A stretch of 64,000 nt of DNA. It comes from an uncultured Acidobacteriota bacterium. Lineage in GTDB: Bacteria > Acidobacteriota > UBA6911. The DNA lies in the NCBI GenBank assembly GCA_963809485.1, contig CAWEJX010000020.1, positions 1,024,001-1,088,000 on the forward strand. Reading direction: 5' to 3'. Both the position numbers and the translations under genes were made by a program. Below, one piece after another: positions 1 to 8,907 of the stretch; positions within the stretch are counted from its first letter, which is position 1, and each line of letters begins with the position of its first letter. Under the pieces are notes generated by a model. It saw only the letters and a program-made list of their open reading frames with translations, was not told the origin of the DNA and did not search any database.

Positions 1-562
1 CTTCGCAGGTCGACGCATGCAAAGGCACCAGACGGCTTTTACCAAACTTGGCGCCGCGGATGGTCAACACCGCTGCCTGGAGATCGACATCTCGTATCTC
101 GAGGTTCCGCGCTTCGCCGAGGCGCAGGCCCGAAACACTGAGGAGCCCGAACAGACAGTAGTAGACCCAAGGGCGCAACTTGCTGCGTTCATAGCAGCAT
201 TGCATGTTGAGCGCCGCGCGCAGCAGGCCACGAATCTCGGCATCGGAGTACAGATAGGGTCGCGCCCGCTTCGGCTGGAAGGGCAATAGGCCCTGCGCCG
301 GGATCTGCGTTCGTGGATCGATCGCGCTGTAATAATGCGCAAATCCTCTTACGAAGCTCAGTCGACGAGCCCAGTGTGACGGTTGAACGTTCAACGGCTG
401 TTGAGCCCAGGAAAGCGCCAGCGCCTGGGTGATGTAAGAAGCGCGGTGCTGCTCCATGAACATGACGAAATCAAGCAATCCCTTGTCGGCCTCATGCAGC
501 TTGAAACCAAGATCTCGCCGCATGCGCACATATTCCTGCACGGCTTGCCGCAGCGTGGTCAT
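1..562 (-). CDS. ritB: RIT element tyrosine recombinase B (runs off the left edge of the window)
   Basis: Read by hand from an ATGA overlap with the ritA stop (559-562): MTTLRQAVQEYVRMRRDLGFKL...SGLRLGEARNL...GAKFGKSRLVPLH, a typical RitB sequence. Absent from the ORF track because it has no stop inside the window. Confidence 0.88.
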   Translation of the reverse strand, partial: MTTLRQAVQEYVRMRRDLGFKLHEADKGLLDFVMFMEQHRASYITQALALSWAQQPLNVQPSHWARRLSFVRGFAHYYSAIDPRTQIPAQGLLPFQPKRARPYLYSDAEIRGLLRAALNMQCCYERSKLRPWVYYCLFGLLSVSGLRLGEARNLEIRDVDLQAAVLTIRGAKFGKSRLVPLHASTCE

Positions 563-1797
563 CGCGCACCTCCCGGCCACGGCAATGCGAGTGTCCGTAA
601 CGCCTTGAGGTCCACTTTGGTATAGATCATCGTGGTCTGGGGACTGCGATGCCTAAGCACTTCGCCGATTTCCGTCAGCGATGCACCGTGGCGCAACATC
701 TGGGTTGCCAGGGCGTGGCGAAACTGATGAGCGCCCGTCGTCGGGGCCTGAATGCCGGCGCGCCGGAGCGCATGACGAACGATCGAACTAATAGCACACT
801 GGCTCAGAAATCCGCGCATGGGAGCTTTGCCGCGCAAGAACATGCGGCGACTGTTGCTATGCGGGCGTCCGTGGCGCAGGTACCCCGCAATTGCCTCGCC
901 GACATCCACTGGAAGAGGAAGTGCGGTCCGTTGGCCACCTTTCCCTCGAATGCTTACTTGGCCGGCGTCCCAATCAATATCGTCCAGGTCGAGAAAGGCT
1001 ACTTCACCTGAACGCAATCCCAGTCGTGCGAGCAGGAGCAATATGGCGTAATCGCGACGTCCGATCGCGGTGCGTCGATTGATGCTGGACAGTAGCTGAC
1101 GCACCTGGTCCATCCCAATCGCCCGGGGAATCGATGGCATCGACCAGTTGGCTACGATGGGAACGGCAGCAGCCAAATCCAGCGTCACTTCCCCGCAATA
1201 GCGCGTGTAACGCAGGAAGGAACGCAACGCGCTGGTGAGAAGCTTCGCGCGCTTCAAATGCAGATGAGACGCTTGGTGCTGGACGAATCTCACGACATCG
1301 CCGGCGCTCAGTCGTGAGAGCATCACAGGCCCGTTACCGAAACGATTCGTGAGAAACCCACGAATAAACGGCACGTAGTTGATGATGGTTGGTTTGGCCA
1401 GGGCGCGCACTCCGTGCAAGTACTGCTCGTACGCTTGCGCGCACTGCTCCGCCGGGGTCAATGGGCGGGGCGATATCTCCTCGGCGGGAATCACGCCTTC
1501 ACGGCGCAGAAAATCAATGAGGTGCCTGAGTGCGCCGCTATCGCCTGCGATAGGCCGTAACCGCCGAGCACGATAGCGCAGATACCGCGAGGGATGATCG
1601 GAACTAATGTGGCGCAGCGGAACTCCTGTTTTGTTTAGCCAGTGGCTGAAGCACGCAGCGAGCAGAACTTGCCGGTAAATCGAATATGGAGCATATCCCT
1701 GTGCGCTTTGCGATTTTGCAAACGCGCCGATGTATGGCGCAAGCGGACCATCCGGTGCCCGCGACAGAACCAGTTGGTCATTTATGACAAATCTCAT
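559..1797 (-). CDS. ritA: RIT element tyrosine recombinase A
   Basis: Catalytic motifs RDYAILLLLARLGLRSGE, GKG, HQFRH, LRHRSPQTTMIY; ends ALPWPGGAR and is coupled to a second recombinase. Likely start is ATG 1797 (ORF track gives 1821). Confidence 0.9.
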   Translation of the reverse strand: MRFVINDQLVLSRAPDGPLAPYIGAFAKSQSAQGYAPYSIYRQVLLAACFSHWLNKTGVPLRHISSDHPSRYLRYRARRLRPIAGDSGALRHLIDFLRREGVIPAEEISPRPLTPAEQCAQAYEQYLHGVRALAKPTIINYVPFIRGFLTNRFGNGPVMLSRLSAGDVVRFVQHQASHLHLKRAKLLTSALRSFLRYTRYCGEVTLDLAAAVPIVANWSMPSIPRAIGMDQVRQLLSSINRRTAIGRRDYAILLLLARLGLRSGEVAFLDLDDIDWDAGQVSIRGKGGQRTALPLPVDVGEAIAGYLRHGRPHSNSRRMFLRGKAPMRGFLSQCAISSIVRHALRRAGIQAPTTGAHQFRHALATQMLRHGASLTEIGEVLRHRSPQTTMIYTKVDLKALRTLALPWPGGAR

Positions 1798-1858
1798 GGT
1801 GGACTCCTTTCCCCCCTGCATGGGGATGACAAGGAGTCAATACTATGTCGCTATAGCA

Positions 1859-2611
1859 TCAGGCGGATTCCAGCAAAAACGAGGTCGGCGCGGCAGAACG
1901 AGACATAGTCAGGAAGGGTAGATAGTGCCGTAAAACATGCGGGTGGACCTTCTTTACAAGCCCGCATCGTTTCGCGGCTCGCAGACACGCCTGCCATGGG
2001 ACTTTAGTCGTGATCGGGGTTGAGGATGTATGATGTCTTCCTCCCGGAAACAGCCACTCTTTTGGTCGGTGTTGTTTCCAATGTTCGCGCAGCGCTTCGT
2101 ACAACACCTGGCTGAGCATCACCTCGCGATCTTTCAGTCCTTTGCCGCGGACTCTAATGACCATTCTTTTGCTGTCAATGTCGCTAATTCGCATATTTGC
2201 CAGCTCAGCACGCCGCACTCCGGTGGCATACAACGTCATCAGTATTACACGGTGAAACGGGAGATCAGCGGATTCGATCAGAAGACCGACTTCTTCAGGG
2301 CTCAATATGTGCGGCAAACTGATCACTCTTTTTGGATAAGGAGTTTCTGCCGTGTTCCATGGCCGATGCAGGGTCTTTACGAAGAAGAAACGCAGGGCAG
2401 CAAGGCGCTGGTTGACCGTGTTAGGAGATAGTTTCTTGTCAGTGAACAGGTGTGCTTGGTAGTGCCGGATGTGTTCCAGGCCTAATTTGTCTGGAGGGCA
2501 GTTGAAATATAATGCAAAATCTTCGATGCCTCGGATGTAGCATTCACGCGTGGCGTCCGAATAGTTCCGTCGCACGAGTTCCTCGATCGTAATTGTTCTT
2601 AAATGAGTCAT
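1859..2611 (-). pseudogene. Tyrosine recombinase with N-terminal SAM-like domain (type often paired with IS91-like transposases), truncated by the RIT insertion
   Basis: YATGVRRAEL, RGKGLKDR and KVHPHVLRH are present, then homology stops abruptly. The box II His/Tyr region is missing. Confidence 0.85.
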
Positions 2612-2867
2612 GGTTTTCTCCTTGTATGACTCACGATATCGTCATTCTTCACCTCCATGTTCGTGTAAAGACGCGAAGCGTCCGCCGCGCAGCGGCTACG
2701 TTCAAGTCCCGATCTGGGAAACTATGCCCGCGATGATTCCTGGCAGCCGGCGGACCTGCGTCATAGTGCGAGCGGGAATTCGGCACCGGCGCAAGGCTGT
2801 AGATCAAATCCTGGCCGGTGCCTTTGAGGCAGAACCGTAATACATCCGGAGACCTTCCAAGCCGCCG

Positions 2868-3254
2868 CTACTTCTTCGTAATCTTAAAATCGCCGTTTCG
2901 ATTATCGTGTTTCCAAGTGCCCGTCATCGTGCCGCCCTCAACCTTCCCGTCGATCACGTAGTGGATCTGATTTCCTCTGCGGTTTGTTGCATCAGCCTCA
3001 AAGTGAATGGCATCTGTTTTGGGATCAAAGGTGGCTTTTTTGAGCTCGACTGCATTCGCACCGGGATTAACGGTTCCGGTTAGGTTCTTTCCATCCCATT
3101 TCAGCTCAACAGTGACCTGATTGCGGTCAGTCACACTCGGTCCCCAATCGCCCGCCCAGGTGCCGTTTAAGGGGTCATCTGCAGCATTCAAAGAGACAAC
3201 AGAAACGCCGGCTACCAGAAATACTGCCAGAAGTGCCAATTGTAGAGTTTTCAT
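2868..3254 (-). CDS. Secreted beta-rich hypothetical protein
   Basis: Sec signal peptide (MKTLQLALLAVFLVAG...), GGAGG RBS, GTW...G pattern. Confidence 0.8.
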   Translation of the reverse strand: MKTLQLALLAVFLVAGVSVVSLNAADDPLNGTWAGDWGPSVTDRNQVTVELKWDGKNLTGTVNPGANAVELKKATFDPKTDAIHFEADATNRRGNQIHYVIDGKVEGGTMTGTWKHDNRNGDFKITKK

Positions 3255-3819
3255 CGTCTAAGTCCTCCATGAGTGAGTTGGTGTAAAGAATAGGCGACCG
3301 CCGGAGGGGTCGGCGGCCAGCCTCTCGGTACCTCCCCTACCGCCGCAAGCCGTGAGCAACTGGATATTCCAAAAGCACGGCACGTTATCGGGACCGATCC
3401 TGTTCGCAAATACATTCGGTTTCCTTTGGCGAAGAGACATGCCTAAATCTGTACCGCGGCGTCCCCGGTCAATTCTACCACGAAGCTATTTCCTCGGGAG
3501 TGTCCGGATTGGTGATCCGCCAACCAAGCGTCCAAGGAAACGTGGCCGTAGGATTGATGTTTTGGCGGCCTGCGGACGGTTCGCGAGAAATGCTCTCGCG
3601 CCATATAAAGAGCGGCGGAAAGTGGTACCTCGTGGATCCTGCAACCTGCACCACACTCAAGCTGCTTTAACAGGACGATACGCCCAGAAATGGATGCCGG
3701 ACAGACAGATCCCGCCGATCGGCCCTTAACATTGCTGCAGTCCCAACCACTGGCCGGTATGTCAGCGCTGACCGTCCCAAGGTTGTCATTGCCCCGAAGT
3801 CCCGTCCTATGAAAGCGGA

Positions 3820-4200
3820 TGTCAAGGACAAATTTCTCCGTTCCAGGCGCGAGGGAAAATTTTTATTCCGCGATATCCAGCCGCTGCTCGTAATCGTACC
3901 CCGCTGATCCTGCAGTTCAGCCCTATTGAACGACGGACATTTGCTGCACGTGAATGGTTGCAACACAACCAGGGGCATTTCAGATCCTCCGAGACTTTAA
4001 AAGCGCTTGCGGCAGTTTGCCGACCATGGTCCTATCTGAGGCTCGAGCCTATTGCTTTATTCGGTCATGCGAGGGGGCCTAGGATTCGAGTGGAACCTGG
4101 CTTTTGCCGGCTACGGGACTTCTTGAGGCTCACCCCCGACCTCGCGTCTCGTGTGGAAATCATCTTGATTTGCCACAGCTGCTTACAACCTATTCCCGAG
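3820..4200 (-). ncRNA. Putative bridge/seek-type guide RNA in the IS110 3' non-coding end
   Basis: Guide-like matches to both insertion-site flanks (4112-4122 and 3864-3876), enclosed by long-range stems. RNA ends are approximate. Confidence 0.7.
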
Positions 4201-4205
4201 ACGCT

Positions 4206-5267
4206 TTATGCCGCGTGCGACGAAATAGTCAATTTTTTGGGATCGTAGCGTTCTCCTCTTTTCCAAAGTGCTAATGTGATAGCGGCGATCTTCCTGGCCA
4301 GAGTCAGACGTGCTAATGATTCTGGAGTGCCGTTTTCGATCATGGCACTGAAACGAGATTTCCATTGACCCACCGCGGCGGTTTTAGCGGCACCTTTGAA
4401 TACTGATTTCAGCACCCGGTTGTAGTTGCGATTCAGGCCGCGAACGAGAGGTCGTTTTTTGGATTTGGAAATGTTTCCATTAATCAGCTCGTACTCCGAA
4501 CTTGCTTTGGTGATCACCGACAACCCGCAGTAGGTCCAGAATTGTTTTCTGGTGCGAAAGCGGTGGGGAGTGCCGGCAATTCCGAGAATCACCGCTGCAC
4601 GCAAAGGACCGATCCCCGGAGCGCTTCGAAGAACTTTAGTGTCTGCATGTTTGCGTGCTTCGGCCAGTAGTTCCTTTTCTGCCTCATCTCGTAAAGTGTC
4701 CAAAGACGCAAGTTGTTCCAATAGCCTTTTGGCTCGCGCACGTACCGCCTGATTCTCCAGCTTGTCAAGCCAACTTTCTCGTTCCTCTGATTTGTAAACG
4801 CCTTCGCCGCTGCAGTCGATTCCCCTGCCTCGAAATATCGCTTTTAGCCGATTTTTTATCCTGGTTACGTCTTGAACAATTCCGTTATAGCTTCGGACAA
4901 GTTCCTTCACAGCCGTTGTGCTATGTTCTCCATGATAAACTGGCGTCAGACTATTTGTGCGTAGAAGTTCTGCCAGTAGTTTTGCATCAATTTTGTCGTT
5001 CTTAATTCCACGGTTAACAATCTTCCTTGGATCGCACACCACAACATTGGCTACGTGGGGTCGGATTAGATCGTACAGCCAGGCTGCATAGGTCCCTTCT
5101 TCAAAAGCCACATGCAATGTGCCCCGCTGACCATGCATAAAGTCAAGTATGGCCTCTGATGTTGTTTTGACCAAAGCTTCAGTCAATTTTTCACCCTGGC
5201 TGTTCAAAACAACAATAACTGTGATTGCCTTATGCACATCCATCCCGATATACTTGAGTGCATTCAT
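4206..5267 (-). CDS. IS110 family transposase/recombinase
   Basis: YIGMDVHK, FEEG, KNDKIDA (DEDD RuvC-like), PGIGP, YCGL and ASS (catalytic Ser) motifs. GGAG RBS before ATG 5267. Confidence 0.93.
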   Translation of the reverse strand: MNALKYIGMDVHKAITVIVVLNSQGEKLTEALVKTTSEAILDFMHGQRGTLHVAFEEGTYAAWLYDLIRPHVANVVVCDPRKIVNRGIKNDKIDAKLLAELLRTNSLTPVYHGEHSTTAVKELVRSYNGIVQDVTRIKNRLKAIFRGRGIDCSGEGVYKSEERESWLDKLENQAVRARAKRLLEQLASLDTLRDEAEKELLAEARKHADTKVLRSAPGIGPLRAAVILGIAGTPHRFRTRKQFWTYCGLSVITKASSEYELINGNISKSKKRPLVRGLNRNYNRVLKSVFKGAAKTAAVGQWKSRFSAMIENGTPESLARLTLARKIAAITLALWKRGERYDPKKLTISSHAA

Positions 5268-5352
5268 AGGACGCTCCTTTGGTGATTTGGAATTTGAAGC
5301 CACATTGACCTTATCACTATTGGAGCGTCTTTTTTTCATATTTCTTATTCCG

Positions 5353-5361
5353 TGATATAAT
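5353..5361 (+). promoter_or_regulatory. Extended -10 promoter (TGnTATAAT)
   Basis: TGATATAAT directly upstream of a structured, terminator-ended segment. Confidence 0.6.
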
Positions 5362-5366
5362 TGTTC

Positions 5367-5490
5367 CCGCCTGGTGAAACGGAGTCAGGCTCTGCGGGGA
5401 CGCAACCTTACAAGGGATAGCCAGGCCGACGGTGCGTCGACCAAGCACCTGAGGCCTCTGACAATCGAAACGTCAGAGGCTTTTTCTTTT
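5367..5490 (+). ncRNA. Candidate structured small RNA, family not recognised
   Basis: Consecutive or nested stems (GCCTG/CAGGC, TGCG/CGCA, AGGCC/GGCCT enclosing GGTGC/GCACC) between a promoter and an intrinsic terminator. Confidence 0.55.
5454..5490 (+). terminator. Rho-independent terminator
   Basis: GCCTCTGAC-N9-GTCAGAGGC followed by TTTTTCTTTT. Confidence 0.8.
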
Positions 5491-5857
5491 ATGGCTCGAA
5501 CACCGGAGCTATGCCTTATAAAATCCCGGGGATTGTGGCAGAGCTCCGACGGCTGTCGTTTTGTGACAGCCGCTTTCCCTCGCATTCCACCCCTGATCAT
5601 TACTCGGGGGCGTGCTTTCATAATGCGTTCGAGGAAGTTATTGCTCAACAATCGAATCCGTCGTTTGGCAGGGCTGTCTGGTCACTTTATTCGAACCCTA
5701 ACGCAGGAGTTTGCGGTCTCCACCAAGAGTCTTTTTTGAACATCTTCCTTTTCGGCGCTGCTGAATTTGATCTGGATCTGATACTCGATACCATTTTGTA
5801 CCCACCATAAATTCAGAACTCCTGACATGGTCCAGCAATAAATTGTCCGCCTTTTGA

Positions 5858-8125
5858 TCAGGTCGCAGGTTCGCCAACAGCGAATTGGATCCGGAGCTTT
5901 GTGCCTGGAAATCTTGTCGATGTCTTGTTCAACTCCTGGCACACTGCGGCGATTGCCCGCGAGCGGTGAGGCGAACTCAGGGGGGCTAATGTCACCCGAA
6001 GCTCCTTGTCAGTCGGTTCGATCGTGGCAGCGCTCCTGAGCGCAGTCTGGATTAGAGTGCGTCCCTCGTCCTCGGTGCGCGGATAGACAGGCCGCAAGAT
6101 CTCCACAAGGCTTCCCTCGATTTGATAGGCTACCATCTTCAGGATATCGCTCAGATGTTTCCTTTCAACCGACAGCTTCATTGCCTGTTCAGCCTGTGGG
6201 GATTCGGACAGGAGAATTCGAGCCGGCATGGATTTCTGCCGTTTGACCAGTCGGGCGATTTCGGCGGCCGCTTCGAAGAGCTCCCGCTGAATTTCCCTTT
6301 CGGCCGCGGTAAAAGCACGCATGGTTGGGGTGCGTCCTTCGAGGTAGTCCAATGCTGCAGAACCATACCGCTCTTGCAGTTTCGCGAGATGGCTGCGAGC
6401 CTTTCGGAGTTCTTTATCAACCACTTTTCGTGCCGGATTGGGAATGGAACGGTTCGGGTCGTCTGGTTCAGCTTCGTAATCTACGAGGGCATCAATCAGG
6501 AACTCCTGCCGCATGTACTTAAAGAAATTCTCCCGCCGCCATCGATCAAACATGCGATACGCCACGACGATATCACGTAATTTCCAGCGACTCGTCAGAA
6601 CCGCGGTTTGATGGCCGGTTTCCGTTAGTCTGGTGACTTGACGGAGCCGGAGCTTGCCTTTCAGGAACCGGACCGCTTGATCATGAAGCAAGTATTGCAG
6701 GCGGCGGCCGTTGAATTTTGCCTTTCGAAGCATAAATCTCTTCTCGGAGATTTTGTGGAAACCAGCCTTGCGGTAAGTAAGGATGTCAAATCCCATATCG
6801 AGAATGGTCAGGAATAGCCGTGGGGAAAAGCCGCCTCGGTCGAACACGACCGTCAATCGCCGTTGCGGACCGACAAGATTGCGGACCTGCTCGAGGATCG
6901 GCACAAGTATGCGCGTCATGGCCGCATTGGCTTCTGCGGTGACCAAGAACAGTGGATCTCCCTTCTGGTCGTTGATCCAGTAATCGGTGGTGCCGGGGGC
7001 AGCGATTCGTCTACGGGTCACGTAGGCTTTCGGAATCATGCGCTTACCGTGATAGGCGCGAACGTGCCCGTCAACATAGAGAAATCCTAGCGTTCGTCCC
7101 CGCTCGGCAACGCGGCGACGAGCCAGTTCAATTCCAAATTCCCGGCTTTTTTTCATAGAGGCAAGACGGGCGAACTTGCGTCTCAGGGTTTTTACCTCGA
7201 GCATTCGATCCAGTCCGATAATGCGGCCGAGGTCTCCGGGAGAATGTTCCTTGAGTGTTTCCGGGCGTGGGATACGCAGCAATGCAAGCAGTACCAGGGT
7301 GACGATTGTTGTACGCAATCCGTAGAATGCCGGCCCGATGGAGGAGTAGATCTTGTGTGCCGCGGTTAGCACGCCGCTATTGACCAGGGACGGTATTGCG
7401 AGCAGAACGCCGGCTCCGGGAAGGTTCTCCGTCCGCGCAAATAAGGGAGCGGCATCCTCAAGCTTTCCCATCGCGGCCAGTAGCCGATCCAAGGAACGGT
7501 CGAGCGGGTTACGGTCGAAGCTGACTGGGAGATGCTCATTTGCACTATTATCATTGGCGGTTGTCACGACCACGGAAGGCTCATTTAGGCCTGACGGTGA
7601 TTTTATCGGTCCTATAACATCGTCCTTCATTGTCTCAAACGGCGGGCAGATTACCGTTTGAGACTTCCATCCAAGGCGGCGCAACCGTTTCCGGATCGCC
7701 TTCTCGGAAAATCCCAGCTTTACAGCAATCGAACGATTGCTGAGGCCTCGTTCTTTGAGCTGGAGGATCGTCCGATCCCGCCCCTGCATTTGCGGAGGGC
7801 CATTCTGAAAGGGACGTCCGCGAGGTCGTCCAAGAGCTGCGATCCCGCCGGACTCGATCCGTTCCTGGTATCGTCGGAGGGTTCGCGGCGTGCAGCCGAA
7901 TACCCGGGCGATGTCGTTTTGATCCGCATATCCCGCCTCGAACAACGTAACCATCGCACATTCCTGCGCTGCATGGTCCGCCACGTCATAGTGCATCAGA
8001 ACGAGTCCTTGCAGGAATACTGCTCGCCGGGATCCTTCGGTCCGGATGCTGACCCTATCATTGAGAACAACCGTCCCGCTTGGCGGGCTCGAAAACTCAA
8101 GAAGTTTGCGCTGTTGGGCTGTCAT
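5858..8125 (-). CDS. 755-aa putative transposase (two HTH domains + DDE-like core)
   Basis: HTH segments, FLYVDGH, VFDRGG and RWRRENFFK motifs; the only long ORF between the TIRs. Confidence 0.85.
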   Translation of the reverse strand: MTAQQRKLLEFSSPPSGTVVLNDRVSIRTEGSRRAVFLQGLVLMHYDVADHAAQECAMVTLFEAGYADQNDIARVFGCTPRTLRRYQERIESGGIAALGRPRGRPFQNGPPQMQGRDRTILQLKERGLSNRSIAVKLGFSEKAIRKRLRRLGWKSQTVICPPFETMKDDVIGPIKSPSGLNEPSVVVTTANDNSANEHLPVSFDRNPLDRSLDRLLAAMGKLEDAAPLFARTENLPGAGVLLAIPSLVNSGVLTAAHKIYSSIGPAFYGLRTTIVTLVLLALLRIPRPETLKEHSPGDLGRIIGLDRMLEVKTLRRKFARLASMKKSREFGIELARRRVAERGRTLGFLYVDGHVRAYHGKRMIPKAYVTRRRIAAPGTTDYWINDQKGDPLFLVTAEANAAMTRILVPILEQVRNLVGPQRRLTVVFDRGGFSPRLFLTILDMGFDILTYRKAGFHKISEKRFMLRKAKFNGRRLQYLLHDQAVRFLKGKLRLRQVTRLTETGHQTAVLTSRWKLRDIVVAYRMFDRWRRENFFKYMRQEFLIDALVDYEAEPDDPNRSIPNPARKVVDKELRKARSHLAKLQERYGSAALDYLEGRTPTMRAFTAAEREIQRELFEAAAEIARLVKRQKSMPARILLSESPQAEQAMKLSVERKHLSDILKMVAYQIEGSLVEILRPVYPRTEDEGRTLIQTALRSAATIEPTDKELRVTLAPLSSPHRSRAIAAVCQELNKTSTRFPGTKLRIQFAVGEPAT

Positions 8126-8168
8126 GGTCGATCAGCATGACCGACCATGGGATCCAGGCCAAATATTG

Positions 8169-8458
8169 AAAAAGCGGACAGTTTTCGGTCCGCACCAAAA
8201 TCTAAACAGTCATGCCAAATTATGTTCTTTTTGGAATACCTCTGATTGACCTATAAGCCACATCTGGCGTGGGTTTGCGGCGATCCGAGCATACCTGCTT
8301 ACGCAAAAAGCGGACAGTTTTTGGTCCGCACTTGAGCCACGATAAGATGCTGGCGTATTGACGATTTTATACAGAGGGCGTCAGAGTGGATTGTAGTGAT
8401 ACGCCTACCTTTTCACATCTTCGCCAGATGAAAAAAGCGGACAGTTTTTGGTCCGCAC
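8169..8458 (+). repeat. Three 27-bp palindromic direct repeats
   Basis: AAAAAGCGGACAGTTTTYGGTCCGCAC at 8169, 8305 and 8432, separated by 109 and 100 nt of unique sequence. Confidence 0.9.
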
Positions 8459-8907
8459 CCATGTCAGAAATACTGCTCAAATTCCTAGGATTTTCAAGGG
8501 CATGTCAGGAGTTCTGAAATTAGCAGGGGCACAAGAACCGCCGCATGAGACAGGGCTGAAATGTGCGACCATACCGTTTGCCAATCGAACCCCTTTTTCA
8601 TCAAGATCCCGGTAGATTTTCGTAGATGCCCCAAACCCTGCAGCATAGGTCGCATTGTTTGTCTCTTTGTCATAATAGAGAGAGATGAAGTAGCCGTGAT
8701 CCCTGATCTCGCCCCAAGCAAATTCAATTGCTTTCGGATCGTCCAACCAAGGCAATTTCGAAGGAAGAAGGATCGGGATTTGTATCTTGCCGACGATTTG
8801 AGCAAGCGCAGGCCTAAAAACCTGGGCTGGTTCATTCGTCTCTGCAATTGCCCAATTCAGCACTGAAGCGTTCCAAAAGATCAATGTCAAACCGATTTTG
8901 AGTGCTA

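Larger units (their letters stand above)
1..1925 (-). mobile_element. RIT (recombinase-in-trio) element, partial
   Basis: Coupled ritA-ritB; sub-terminal inverted motif ACTATGTC (1842-1849) / GACATAGT (1902-1909); the junction falls at the HxLRH motif of the interrupted integrase. Confidence 0.8.
3806..5346 (-). mobile_element. IS110-family element (IS1111-like layout: short left end, long 3' non-coding end)
   Basis: DEDD transposase; short sub-terminal inverted repeats TATGAAA (3808-3814) / TTTCATA (5334-5340); outward-facing TTGACA near the right end (3820-3825, - strand); no target duplication. Confidence 0.85.
5814..8516 (-). mobile_element. Unclassified DDE insertion sequence, 2.7 kb
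   Basis: Perfect terminal inverted repeat CAGAACTCCTGACATG at both ends; 5-bp target duplication AAATT (5809-5813 and 8517-8521). Confidence 0.9.
5682..8890 (-). pseudogene. Exported hypothetical protein split by the 5814-8516 transposon
   Basis: Removing the element and one AAATT copy joins ...PVSCGGSCAPAN to LWWVQNGIEYQIQIK... in frame. The start codon is uncertain. Confidence 0.75.

Noticed and set aside
3260-3360. GC-rich hairpins upstream of 3254 as a riboswitch
   Set aside because: No recognisable aptamer consensus.
3789-5361. Alternative IS110 boundary using a shared TCC core (3805-3807 / 5349-5351), which would rebuild TTGCCC-N17-TATAAT
   Set aside because: Attractive, but both guide-like segments converge on TA in the other reconstruction and match further there. 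Kept only as a fallback until an empty allele is seen.
8169-8458. CRISPR array
   Set aside because: Only three repeats, spacers of about 100 nt, located inside a transposon, and no cas genes.
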